A DNA stretch of 64,000 bases. Source: Acidimicrobiales bacterium. GTDB lineage: Bacteria > Actinomycetota > Acidimicrobiia > Acidimicrobiales > Aldehydirespiratoraceae. The notes beneath the pieces were generated by a model. The model was not told where the DNA came from and searched no databases. It worked only from the letters and a program-made list of their open reading frames with translations. Numbering within the stretch: the first letter of the stretch is position 1; every line of letters begins with the position of its first letter. Of the stretch, positions 9,123 through 18,277 are shown in pieces. The DNA lies in contig OZ220692.1 in assembly GCA_965116485.1 (NCBI GenBank), positions 1,443,279-1,507,278 of the forward strand. Reading direction: 5' to 3'. Both the position numbers and the translations under genes were made by a program.

Positions 9123-11017
9123 GCATGGCCGGATGGGGTGGAATCGCCGATACGGGATTCTCGGGGGTGCCCCCGGAGGTACAAGCCCAGGTTGAGGCCT
9201 ACATGGACGAGGGGCCTCCCGAAGTGGCGGAAGTTCCTCCGCCTTTCAGCCACAGCGACTACGACCGCCACGTGTTCTCGATGCGGCATTTCCTGCGGCC
9301 CTTCAGCGCGGCGCTCGTCGGCGTGTTCTTGTTGGTCGCTCTCGAGGCCGTTCTCAGCCAGGCCGGCCCGGTGCTGTTGCAGATAACCATCGACGACGGC
9401 ATCCGCAATGGAGACCGCTCGGTGGTCCTCGCCATGGGTCTGATCTTCGGGTTGCTGGTGCCGGTTTCGATCGGGGTGGGGGTTCTCAAGACGATGGCGG
9501 CGGGTCGTGTGGGCGCCACGATCATGGCGAAGCTGCGGGTCGCTCTGTTCTCCCACTTCCAGCGCCTCAGCGTCGAGTATTACGCCAACGAGCGCCCCGG
9601 GCGGCTGCTGAGCCGGATGACCAGCGATCTCGAACCGCTCCAGCAACTGTTCCAGCAGGGTTTGGTTCAGCTCGCCGTGCAAGGGGTGACGCTCGTTGCA
9701 ATCACCATCGTGCTGTTCGTGCTCAATCCTCTGCTGGCGGTCATCACTTTGGTGGTGGTCGTCCCCGGCACTTTGTTGATGTCGCTGTGGTACCGCCATC
9801 AGGCGCAACTGGCTCAGATTCGGGTTCGCGACACCATCGCCAACGTGCTGGCCCATCTCCAGGAGAGCCTTGCGGGGATTCGCATCGTGACCGCGCACAA
9901 CCGCCGCGAGAGGGTTGTGGTCGAGCACCAGAACGAAGCCGGCGAATACCTCGACGCCAACGATCGCACGGCTTTTCTCAACGGCGTGTACGGACCCGGG
10001 GCCGAGGCGATGGGTCCTCTGTCACAGATGATCCTTCTGGTGATCGGCGGGAAACTGGTCCTTGACGGGCGTGTGACGATCGGGGAGTTGAGCGCGTTCC
10101 TGCTTTACGTGGCGGCGTTTTTTGCTCCGATAACCGAACTTGTGGGCCTCTACAACGTGTATCAGCAGGGGCGGGCCTCGGTTGTGAAGCTCAGGGAGGT
10201 GTTCGCCACCGAGCCGAGCGTCGTCGAGTTGCCCGACTCCTATGAGCTGCCTGCGGTGAAGGGCCATATCCGCCTTGACGGTGTGACCTTCGGATACGAC
10301 GATGACGACCCGGTTGTAACGGACGTGAATCTGGAGTTCCTGCCGGGGGAGACGATCGCGGTTGTCGGCCCCACCGGCGCGGGCAAATCGACGATAGCCA
10401 AACTGCTGAACCGGTTCTATGACCCGCGGGTCGGGACCGTCACCATCGACGGCCATGACCTGACGCAGGTGACGATCGAGTCTCTGCGTTCGCAGATAGG
10501 CGTGGTTCCCCAGGAGCCGTTCCTGTTTGCGGGTTCGATTCGCGACAACCTGCTGTTGGGGTGCCGAGGAGTTGACGACGAAGTCCTGATCGACGCCTGT
10601 CGACAGGTTGGACTCAGCCGTCTGCTTGAACGGCTCCCCGACGGCCTCGACACCCCGTGCCATGAGCGCGGCATCTCCCTCTCGGCGGGTGAGCGTCAAC
10701 TTCTGGCGCTGGCCCGAGCCTTCTTGTCACAGCCCCGGGTTCTGGTTCTCGACGAGGCGACATCGTCACTTGATCTGCGTACTGAGCAGGCGGTTGAGGC
10801 CGCGCTCGACGTGGTGCTGGCGGGTCGTACGGCGGTGATAATCGCTCACCGGCTGCAGACCACAATGCGTGCCGACCGCATAGTGGTGATCGCCGACGGT
10901 GGTGTCGCCGAGTCCGGCACCCGCGCCGAGCTGATCGCCGCAGGCGGGTATTTCGCTCGAATGTGGGCCGCCGGAGCCCCGGCTGGGGCGGGGTCCAACG
11001 GAGCCGGCTCTCCTTAG
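9119..11017 (+). CDS. ABC exporter, fused permease/ATPase, subunit 2 (heterodimer partner)
   Basis: GPTGAGKST, LSAGERQ, VLDEAT; ATGA overlap with subunit 1. Confidence 0.93.
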   Translation: MSMAGWGGIADTGFSGVPPEVQAQVEAYMDEGPPEVAEVPPPFSHSDYDRHVFSMRHFLRPFSAALVGVFLLVALEAVLSQAGPVLLQITIDDGIRNGDRSVVLAMGLIFGLLVPVSIGVGVLKTMAAGRVGATIMAKLRVALFSHFQRLSVEYYANERPGRLLSRMTSDLEPLQQLFQQGLVQLAVQGVTLVAITIVLFVLNPLLAVITLVVVVPGTLLMSLWYRHQAQLAQIRVRDTIANVLAHLQESLAGIRIVTAHNRRERVVVEHQNEAGEYLDANDRTAFLNGVYGPGAEAMGPLSQMILLVIGGKLVLDGRVTIGELSAFLLYVAAFFAPITELVGLYNVYQQGRASVVKLREVFATEPSVVELPDSYELPAVKGHIRLDGVTFGYDDDDPVVTDVNLEFLPGETIAVVGPTGAGKSTIAKLLNRFYDPRVGTVTIDGHDLTQVTIESLRSQIGVVPQEPFLFAGSIRDNLLLGCRGVDDEVLIDACRQVGLSRLLERLPDGLDTPCHERGISLSAGERQLLALARAFLSQPRVLVLDEATSSLDLRTEQAVEAALDVVLAGRTAVIIAHRLQTTMRADRIVVIADGGVAESGTRAELIAAGGYFARMWAAGAPAGAGSNGAGSP

Positions 11018-11093
11018 AGCGCAGCTGCGTCCATGTCGGCGCTCTTCCCCAGGCAGTGTCCCACAAACGAATCTAATATGGTACGTTTGCTGA

Positions 11094-11339
11094 ATGAGTG
11101 GTAGTCATAGTGTTGTAGTGGGAGATAGAGGCAGGATCGTTCTGCCGGCGGGTGTTCGTCGGCGTGCCGGGCTTTCGGCGGGAACACCGCTGGTCCTCTT
11201 GGAGACTTCTGATGGTCTGGTGTTGTTGACTCGCAAGCAGTTGCAATCTCGGGTTCGCAGCGAACTGGCGGGACTGGACCTGGTGAGCGATCTGGTTGCC
11301 GATCGACGCCGAGACGCTGCAAGCGAGGAAGTCCCGTGA
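11094..11339 (+). CDS. vapB: AbrB/MazE/SpoVT-family antitoxin
   Basis: VVGDRGRIVLPAGVRRRAGL AbrB signature; overlaps the PIN gene (GTGA). Confidence 0.85.
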   Translation: MSGSHSVVVGDRGRIVLPAGVRRRAGLSAGTPLVLLETSDGLVLLTRKQLQSRVRSELAGLDLVSDLVADRRRDAASEEVP

Positions 11340-11704
11340 GCGTCGTGCTCGATGCTTCTGCGATTCTGGCTTTCCTTCAAGGTGAGGCTGGTGCTGGTGT
11401 GGTTGAATCTGCGCTTGCCGATGATCCCAGATGCAGTGCCGTCAACTGGTCAGAGGTCGCGCAGAAAGTGCTTGGAGCGGGACGTGATTGGGAGTTGGTC
11501 AGAGGCCTGCTCCTCAGCTACGACATCGAAGTCGAACCCGTGACAGCGGTCGACGCCGAATGGGCGGCCCGTCGTTGGAAACCTGGCGAGGGTCTCTCTC
11601 TAGCCGACCGTCTCTGCCTCGCCCTTGCCGAACGCCTCGACTGCAACGTCCTGACCGCCGACGGCGCCTGGCCCGCTTCGCCTGGCGTCACCCAGATCCG
11701 CTGA
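11336..11704 (+). CDS. vapC: PIN-domain toxin
   Basis: VVLDASAILA, SAVNWSEV, LSLADRLCLALA, VLTADGAW acidic tetrad. Confidence 0.9.
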   Translation: MSVVLDASAILAFLQGEAGAGVVESALADDPRCSAVNWSEVAQKVLGAGRDWELVRGLLLSYDIEVEPVTAVDAEWAARRWKPGEGLSLADRLCLALAERLDCNVLTADGAWPASPGVTQIR

Positions 11705-11716
11705 TTGGAGGGCCGA

Positions 11717-12958
11717 CTAGTTGGCGGGGAGGTCTTTGAAGGGGGTGTCGGGGGGTGGGGCCGGTTCTTTGGGAAGGCCCAGGAACCGCTCGCCGATGAT
11801 GTTGCGCTGCACCTGGTCGGTACCGCCATAGATCGCGGGCGCCGGTGAGTGCAGAGTCTTGCGCTGAACGTCGCCCTTGCCGGGACCCGCGTCGGCGTCG
11901 GCCCCGGCGAGCATGCCCGCCGCTCCGATCGATTGATTGCCTACCTCGCGCCGCATCCGGGCGATCTCGCTCATGGCCAACTTGCCGAGGTTGCCGACGG
12001 CGGGCACCGTGCCCGCCCGGGCCCGCAGCCCCAGCATGCGGTTCACCTCCTCGCTGATGTACAGCCGCATCCGGGCGTCGAGACGCTCAGCGGTGTCGAG
12101 CCCGAGCTCGGCGGAGATCCGGTGGTACCAGACAGCTGTGGGCAGCCTCTTGGATTCGTCGGGATCGGCGTTGCGTGTCTCGAAGCGGTAGTACGAGAAG
12201 CTGCCGGCAGGCTTGTCGAGGTCTGGTGAGTCACGACCCGCGCCGGCGAAGGGGAGCATCACGCCTGCTCCCGCGAGGCTGGCTCGTTCGTGGATGAGAG
12301 TGGTGTTGGCGACTCTCCAGCCATCGTTGACAGCGCCGATCACAGCGTCTTGGTTGACCACCGCATCGTCGAGAAAAACCTCGTTGAAGAAGGCTTGACC
12401 GGTCATCTCAACCAGGGGGCGGATGTCGACTCCGGCTTGGCGCATGGGGAAGGCGAACCAGGTGATCCCGGCATGTTTGGGCTTGTCGCGGTCGCTGCGG
12501 GCTATGAGCATTCCGTATTCGGTGCCGGACGCGAGGCTGGTCCAGACCTTCTGCCCGTTGATCGTCCAGATGTCGCCGTCGCGTACGGCCGTAGTCTGAA
12601 GCCCGGCCAGATCAGAACCTGCGCCGGGTTCAGAGAAGAGCTGGCACCAAGACTCCTGCCCGGTGAGCATCGGTGGGATGTAGCGCTCGATCTGTTCGGG
12701 TGTGCCGTGGGCTGCGATGGTGGGGGCAGCCATCATGGTGGAGATTCCGACTGCTGGACCGAGAGTGCCGGCTTCTCGCAGCCCGTGGCGCGACTCGTTC
12801 TCCTCCTGGCGTGAATATCCCCGTCCGAATGCCTCTACGGGAAGGGAGGGGAGGCAGTAGCGGGCCTCGAAAAGGCACTCCCACCACTGAGCAACCGTCA
12901 TCTCGGGATCCCAGTTCGCCTCGGCCCAAGAGCGTGCTTGGTCTCTGATCGTGGTCAT
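11717..12958 (-). CDS. Acyl-CoA dehydrogenase (FadE-like)
   Basis: CQLFSEPGAGSDLAGL, INGQKVWTS, IYGGTDQVQRNIIGER; start MTTIRDQ at 12958 preferred over the track's 13150. Confidence 0.92.
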   Translation of the reverse strand: MTTIRDQARSWAEANWDPEMTVAQWWECLFEARYCLPSLPVEAFGRGYSRQEENESRHGLREAGTLGPAVGISTMMAAPTIAAHGTPEQIERYIPPMLTGQESWCQLFSEPGAGSDLAGLQTTAVRDGDIWTINGQKVWTSLASGTEYGMLIARSDRDKPKHAGITWFAFPMRQAGVDIRPLVEMTGQAFFNEVFLDDAVVNQDAVIGAVNDGWRVANTTLIHERASLAGAGVMLPFAGAGRDSPDLDKPAGSFSYYRFETRNADPDESKRLPTAVWYHRISAELGLDTAERLDARMRLYISEEVNRMLGLRARAGTVPAVGNLGKLAMSEIARMRREVGNQSIGAAGMLAGADADAGPGKGDVQRKTLHSPAPAIYGGTDQVQRNIIGERFLGLPKEPAPPPDTPFKDLPAN

Positions 12959-13006
12959 GTCGGTTCGGGTCGGTGGGCGTTCTGGCGGCTGGCTGGCATG
13001 AGCGGA

Positions 13007-13035
13007 TTGTATACGAACATATGTTCGTATAAGTT
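13007..13035 (+). promoter_or_regulatory. LexA (SOS) box within a putative leaderless dnaE2 promoter
   Basis: Perfect 22-bp palindrome TATACGAACATATGTTCGTATA (13010-13031) containing GAAC-N4-GTTC; TTGTAT (13007) and TAAGTT (13030) are 17 bp apart, 8 nt before GTG 13044. Confidence 0.88.
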
Positions 13036-13043
13036 GGAGACTT

Positions 13044-16000
13044 GTGAGCTGGCAGTACTTCAATGCTCCCTGGAAAGACCTTGAGAGTATACTTTCAGGC
13101 CGTAACGCGCCCCTTCCGGATCCGCCCGCGTCGCCTCGCAAGCAGGTCACAGAGCCCGGGCCGCCTCGTGAGCAGGGTTCGGTGCGGTATGCGGAGTTGC
13201 ACTGTCATTCCAACTTCTCGTTTCTCGACGGTGCCTCGCATCCTGAAGAACTGGTCACCGAAGCGGCCCGAATCGGCTTGGAAGCGTTGGCCCTCACCGA
13301 CCACAACGGCTTTTACGGCGTGGTCCGTTTCGCCGAAGCCGCCCGTGACGTGGGTCTTCGTACCGTCTTCGGCGCTGAACTCACTCTGGCCCCGACCACT
13401 CTGGCCCCGACCACGCAGTCCCCAACCACACAGTCCCCAACCACACAGTCTCCAACCACACAGTCTCCGACCAGGCAGTCTCAAACCACGCAGTCCCCAA
13501 CCAGGTCGGTCTCGAGCAATCTCAGTCGCACTGGCTCAGCTGACCCCAAAGGCGAACACCTGCTTGTGCTGGCCCGTGATCCACGGGGTTATGCCCTGCT
13601 GGCTCGGGCCGTCAGTGAAGGACAGTTGGCAGGATCCAAGAACGCTCCACAGATCAACTACGAACGTCTGGTCGAACTCGGCGGAGCGGGCACGGGCGAC
13701 CATTGGGCGGTGCTCACCGGTTGCCGTAAGGGCTCGGTTCCCCAAGCACTGGTCAACGAAGGCCCGACCGCGGCGGCCAAGGCGCTTGAGCGGTTGGTTT
13801 CCGATTTCGGTCGCTCGAATGTGGTTGTGGAATTGTGGGACCACGGCCTGCCCGTCGACTCTGTTCGCAACGACGGGCTGGCTGAATTGGCCATGTCGCA
13901 GCGGCTCAAGCTGGTCGCCACCGGCAACGTCCATCATCACAGCGTTGCCCGGCAGCGTTTGGCTGCGGCCATGGCGGCAGTGCGCGCCCGACGCAGCCTC
14001 GACGAGATCGACGGCTGGCTCCCTCCCGCCGGCCGTCCCCTGCGGTCAGGGGCTGAGCAGGCCGTCCGTTTCGCCCGTTACCCGGGAGTGGTCTCTGAAG
14101 CTGCCGCCCTCGGGATCGAGTGCTCGTTCGATTTGAAGCTCATTGCTCCCAACCTGCCGCCGTTTCCGTGCCCCGACGGACTCGATGAGATGGGGTATCT
14201 TCGGCGGCTGGTTGACGAGGGCGGCGTCGACCGTTACGGCCACAGGTCATCTGAACGGGTTCCAGGGGCATGGGCACAACTCGACAGAGAGTTGGAACTC
14301 ATCGAACAACTCGGATTTCCCGGCTATTTCCTGGTTGTGTACGACATAGTCGAGTTCTGTCGGAAGTCTGGAATTCTGTGCCAGGGCCGAGGTTCTGCGG
14401 CCAACTCAGCGGTGTGTTTCGCTCTGGGCATCACCAACGCTGATGCTGTCTCGCTCGGGTTGCTGTTCGAACGGTTCCTGTCACCTCAACGTGACGGTCC
14501 GCCCGACATCGACATAGACATTGAAAGCGACCGACGAGAAGAGGTCATCCAGTACGTCTACGAGCGACATGGCCGTCATCATGCCGCACAAGTCGCCAAC
14601 GTGATCTCCTACCGGCCCAAATCGGCGATTCGAGACATGGCCAAGGCACTCGGCTACACGTCAGGCCAACAGGACGCCTTCTCCAAGCAGGTCGATAGAT
14701 GGCGCAACGTACGACATGCCCAAAGAGAGGGTGGCGCTCAGAGCGATACTGAAATCCCGACTCCAGTATTGGAACTGGCAGCGGAAATCGAACATTTCCC
14801 GCGTCATCTCGGAATCCACTCGGGAGGCATGGTGATGTGCGACCGGCCAGTGATCGAGGTGTGCCCAGTCGAGTGGGGGCAGATGGCCGACCGCAGCGTA
14901 CTGCAATGGGACAAGGACGACTGCGCCTCGGCGGGTCTGGTGAAGTTCGACCTTCTCGGGCTGGGGATGCTCTCAGCGCTGCGGTACGCCATCGATCTCA
15001 TCGCCGAGCACGAAGGTCGAGAAATAGACCTCGCCACGCTGCCCCAGGACGACCAAGTCTACGAAATGCTCCAGAAGGCCGACACTATAGGGGTGTTCCA
15101 AGTCGAGTCGCGGGCACAGATGGCCACTCTGCCGCGACTCAAGCCTCGTTGTTTCTACGACCTCGTGGTGGAGGTCGCGCTCATCCGCCCCGGCCCGATC
15201 CAAGGGGGTTCGGTGCATCCCTACATCCGGCGGCGCAACGGCGAAGAGGAGGTCACCTATCTGCATCCATTGCTCGAGAATGCTCTGGCCAAGACCCTCG
15301 GCATCCCCTTGTTCCAGGAGCAGCTGATGCAGATTGCCATTGATGTCGCCGGGTTCACCGCCTCTGAAGCTGATCAGCTGCGTCTGGCAATCGGTTCAAA
15401 GAGAAGTCATGAACGCATGGAGCGGCTCAAGCAGCGCTTCTTTGAAGGCATGCGGGAGCGGGGCATCAGCGACGATGTCGGTGACCAGATCTGGCTCAAG
15501 CTCGCGGCCTTCGCCAACTACGGTTTCCCTGAAAGCCACTCGGTGTCGTTCTCGTATCTTGTCTATGCCTCGTCGTGGATCAAGTATCACTATCCCGCCG
15601 CGTTCTGCGCGGCGCTGCTCAACGCCCAACCGATGGGATTCTGGTCGCCTCATACTCTGGTCGGTGACGCCCGACGGCATGGCGTGGTGGTCCGCACCCC
15701 CGACCTGAATGCCTCGGCTGCCAAAGCGGTTCTGGAGCCGGACAGAACAAGCGCGGGTGGCTGGGCGGTGAGGCTCGGCCTCGGCTATGTGCGGGGAATC
15801 GGAGAGGAACTCGCTGAGCAGATCGAAGCCGGTCGTCCCTACGTCTCGGTTGAGGACCTTCGCCGGCGGGTGCCGGAAGTGCCGCTTGCGGTGCTTGAAG
15901 TTCTAGCCACCGCAGGCGCGTTCGGTTGTTTCGGGATCGACCGGCGGTCAGCGTTGTGGACTGCTGGAGCGATGACTCAGACGGCTGCGGACCGCTTGCC

Positions 16001-16454
16001 GGGGATCGTCACCGGTGACACAGCGCCGAGTCTGCCGCGCATGTCGCCTGCTGAGTTGTCGCACTCTGATCTTTGGGCCACAGGTGTTGCTCCCGACGGT
16101 CACCCCACTGTTTTCGTTCGTTCAGAACTCAGTGAGACGGGCGTGGTCACCGCTGCGGGCCTCGTTGATCGCAGCGATGGTGAACGGGTGTTGGTCGGGG
16201 GAGTGGTGACACACCGCCAGCGACCTCCCACCGCTGGTGGTGTGACGTTTTTGAGTCTCGAAGATGAAACCGGCTTGGTCAACGTGGTTGTCTCTTCAGG
16301 CTGTTGGCAGCGTTACAGGAAAGCGGCTCTCGGTGCTTCAGCGTTGCTGATCCGTGGTCGACTCGAAAAAGCCGAGGGCGCGATCAACGTTGTTGCCGAC
16401 AAACTCCAACCCCTAGCGGTGGGGACTGCTCCTGCCAGCCGCGATTTTCGCTGA
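13044..16454 (+). CDS. dnaE2: Error-prone DNA polymerase III alpha (ImuC)
   Basis: YAELHCHSNFSFLDGAS PHP motif, GRGSAANS, PDIDID, C-terminal FLSLEDETG and SRDFR; mycobacterial-like N-terminus. Confidence 0.96.
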   Translation: MSWQYFNAPWKDLESILSGRNAPLPDPPASPRKQVTEPGPPREQGSVRYAELHCHSNFSFLDGASHPEELVTEAARIGLEALALTDHNGFYGVVRFAEAARDVGLRTVFGAELTLAPTTLAPTTQSPTTQSPTTQSPTTQSPTRQSQTTQSPTRSVSSNLSRTGSADPKGEHLLVLARDPRGYALLARAVSEGQLAGSKNAPQINYERLVELGGAGTGDHWAVLTGCRKGSVPQALVNEGPTAAAKALERLVSDFGRSNVVVELWDHGLPVDSVRNDGLAELAMSQRLKLVATGNVHHHSVARQRLAAAMAAVRARRSLDEIDGWLPPAGRPLRSGAEQAVRFARYPGVVSEAAALGIECSFDLKLIAPNLPPFPCPDGLDEMGYLRRLVDEGGVDRYGHRSSERVPGAWAQLDRELELIEQLGFPGYFLVVYDIVEFCRKSGILCQGRGSAANSAVCFALGITNADAVSLGLLFERFLSPQRDGPPDIDIDIESDRREEVIQYVYERHGRHHAAQVANVISYRPKSAIRDMAKALGYTSGQQDAFSKQVDRWRNVRHAQREGGAQSDTEIPTPVLELAAEIEHFPRHLGIHSGGMVMCDRPVIEVCPVEWGQMADRSVLQWDKDDCASAGLVKFDLLGLGMLSALRYAIDLIAEHEGREIDLATLPQDDQVYEMLQKADTIGVFQVESRAQMATLPRLKPRCFYDLVVEVALIRPGPIQGGSVHPYIRRRNGEEEVTYLHPLLENALAKTLGIPLFQEQLMQIAIDVAGFTASEADQLRLAIGSKRSHERMERLKQRFFEGMRERGISDDVGDQIWLKLAAFANYGFPESHSVSFSYLVYASSWIKYHYPAAFCAALLNAQPMGFWSPHTLVGDARRHGVVVRTPDLNASAAKAVLEPDRTSAGGWAVRLGLGYVRGIGEELAEQIEAGRPYVSVEDLRRRVPEVPLAVLEVLATAGAFGCFGIDRRSALWTAGAMTQTAADRLPGIVTGDTAPSLPRMSPAELSHSDLWATGVAPDGHPTVFVRSELSETGVVTAAGLVDRSDGERVLVGGVVTHRQRPPTAGGVTFLSLEDETGLVNVVVSSGCWQRYRKAALGASALLIRGRLEKAEGAINVVADKLQPLAVGTAPASRDFR
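13383..13502 (+). repeat. In-frame 15-bp x8 tandem repeat (T-L/Q-A/S-P-T) inside the DnaE2 PHP domain
   Basis: ACTCTGGCCCCGACC x2, then ACRCAGTCYCCRACC-like x6. Confidence 0.92.
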
Positions 16455-16460
16455 GGGCGC

Positions 16461-16558
16461 GTTGCTTGTTGCCGGGCGCGGCCGGAGCCGCGCTGTGTTG
16501 TCGCCGGCGTGTTGCTTGTTGCCGGGCGCGGCCGGAGCCGCGCTGTGTTGTCGCCGGG
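16461..16558 (+). repeat. Dispersed hairpin repeat, locus A (two identical 47-bp units, period 50)
   Basis: GTTGCTTGTTGCCGGGCGCGGCCGGAGCCGCGCTGTGTTGTCGCCGG at 16461 and 16511, 6 nt after the dnaE2 stop. Confidence 0.92.
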
Positions 16559-16595
16559 CGTGAGTCGGGTGTGGTCGGACATCTAAGCTGCCGAC

Positions 16596-17693
16596 GTGAT
16601 CGCGGTTCGGATTCTCGTGGGGGTGCTGGGGGGTCTGGGGGCTCTCGCCACGATGGGGTCGGCGGTGCGAACAGTTGTGGTGCCCCGAGGCGAACAGTCG
16701 TTTCTCGCCAATGCCACCGTGCTGACAATGCGCCGGGTTTTCAACCGCATAGCGCGTGCATGCAAGAACCCGCGCAAAGCTGAAGTCGTCAAGGCGCGTT
16801 TCGCGCCGGTAACCCTGATGATGTTCCCCTTCGTCTGGGCCAGTGGCGTGATCATCGGCTGCTCCGGTGTGTTCTGGGCTCTGGGAGTTCGGCCCTATCA
16901 GGAAGCACTCGTGCTGTCCGGCTCGTCGCTCACCACGCTCGGCTTCCGTACCACAGAAGATCTCCCCACCCTGTTCGTGGCGATAGGGGAGGGGATCGTG
17001 GGCCTTGGTCTCGTGGCCCTGTTGATCAGCTTCCTGCCGACCATCTACGCAGCGTTCTCGAGTAGAGAGACCGCGGTGGCGAAATGGCATCTGCGTTCAA
17101 CGGCGCCTGACGGTGTCGCCAGCCCCGCCGCGATGCTGATGCGCCGGCATCGACTCGGATCCCTCAATGACATGATGCACGCCTGGTACGAATGGGAGGA
17201 CTGGTTCGTCGAGATCGAGGAGAGTCACACCAACTTCCCGATATTGGTCTTCTTTCGATCGCCCGTGCCGGAGCGCTCGTGGATCACCAGCGCAGGGCTG
17301 GCACTGGACTCGGCGGCGCTCTACTGCTCCGCGCTCGATCTCGGCGCCGATTACCGCGCCCAGTTGATGATTCGCACCGGGACCTTGTCGCTGCGGCGGA
17401 TATGCGACTATTTCGGGTTCGAGTACGACCCCGACCCGTCTCCCGACGATCCGATAGCCATCGGCAAAGATGAGTTCGACCAGATTTTCAGGCTCTTCGA
17501 GACGGCTGGGATGCCGGTCGTAGACGACCCCGAACAGGCCTGGCGTGACTTCGCCGGATGGAGGGTCAACTACGACCGTCCGCTGCTGTCGCTCTCCACT
17601 TGGATAGAGGCGCCCAAGGCTCCCTGGTCTTCTGACCGTCAGATCGCTGTTCGCCGGCCGCGGATCTGGCGTCGGCCCAAGCGATTGCGATGA
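16596..17693 (+). CDS. Membrane protein with ion-channel-like pore segment
   Basis: TM helices around LVLSGSSLTTLGF, followed by a soluble C-terminal domain. Confidence 0.65.
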   Translation: MIAVRILVGVLGGLGALATMGSAVRTVVVPRGEQSFLANATVLTMRRVFNRIARACKNPRKAEVVKARFAPVTLMMFPFVWASGVIIGCSGVFWALGVRPYQEALVLSGSSLTTLGFRTTEDLPTLFVAIGEGIVGLGLVALLISFLPTIYAAFSSRETAVAKWHLRSTAPDGVASPAAMLMRRHRLGSLNDMMHAWYEWEDWFVEIEESHTNFPILVFFRSPVPERSWITSAGLALDSAALYCSALDLGADYRAQLMIRTGTLSLRRICDYFGFEYDPDPSPDDPIAIGKDEFDQIFRLFETAGMPVVDDPEQAWRDFAGWRVNYDRPLLSLSTWIEAPKAPWSSDRQIAVRRPRIWRRPKRLR

Positions 17694-17768
17694 GCCGTCT
17701 CGACGCGCGTCTTGGCAGGCACGGACCGATAGCTTGGCTGGAGCGCAGCCCGCAGCCGGAGGTGTCGA

Positions 17769-18233
17769 ATGAACCGAATCAAGCGATTGGCGGCAGTTCT
17801 CGCAACCATGCTGTGTCTGATCGCGCTCGTCGCGGCATGCGGCGACGATGACCCCGATGTCGGCACGCCTGTCGAGGAGTACACCAAACACCTCGTCGCC
17901 CAAGCCATCGACCGCTACGACGCCGAAGGCAGAGAGGCGGCTTTCGCCTACTACCAATCCCCGGAGAGCCTCAATGGATCCTGGTATGTGTTCATTATTG
18001 AGGGCGACTACCTCGTCGTGAATCCGAACAGGCCGGATCTGGTGGGAACGTCCACAGCAGCACGGTCCGATGTCAAGGGCAAACCCTACGGCAAAGACCT
18101 CGTCGCGGCCGACGAGGACGGGGTGTGGGTCGATTACTTCTTCACCCATCCAATCACCGGTGAGGCCGCCCAGAAATACTCCTGGGCGGTTCGACACGAC
18201 GGTTTGGTCTTCGGTTCAGGCTGGTTCGAGTAG
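17769..18233 (+). CDS. Lipoprotein consisting of a single Cache-like sensor domain
   Basis: Lipobox LVAAC; YYQSPESLNGSWYVFI, DVKGKPYG, GVWVDYFFTHPITG, HDGLVFGSGW. Confidence 0.75.
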   Translation: MNRIKRLAAVLATMLCLIALVAACGDDDPDVGTPVEEYTKHLVAQAIDRYDAEGREAAFAYYQSPESLNGSWYVFIIEGDYLVVNPNRPDLVGTSTAARSDVKGKPYGKDLVAADEDGVWVDYFFTHPITGEAAQKYSWAVRHDGLVFGSGWFE

Positions 18234-18277
18234 GGGTATCCGGCACCGATCGGGATCTCAGACAGCAAACTAGGGGG

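Noticed and set aside
12959-13150. N-terminal extension of the acyl-CoA dehydrogenase
   Set aside because: It would run through the SOS box and the dnaE2 start; the homologous-looking sequence starts at MTTIRDQ.
13383-13502. Intein in DnaE2
   Set aside because: Only 40 aa, purely repetitive, with no Cys/Ser start or His-Asn end motif.
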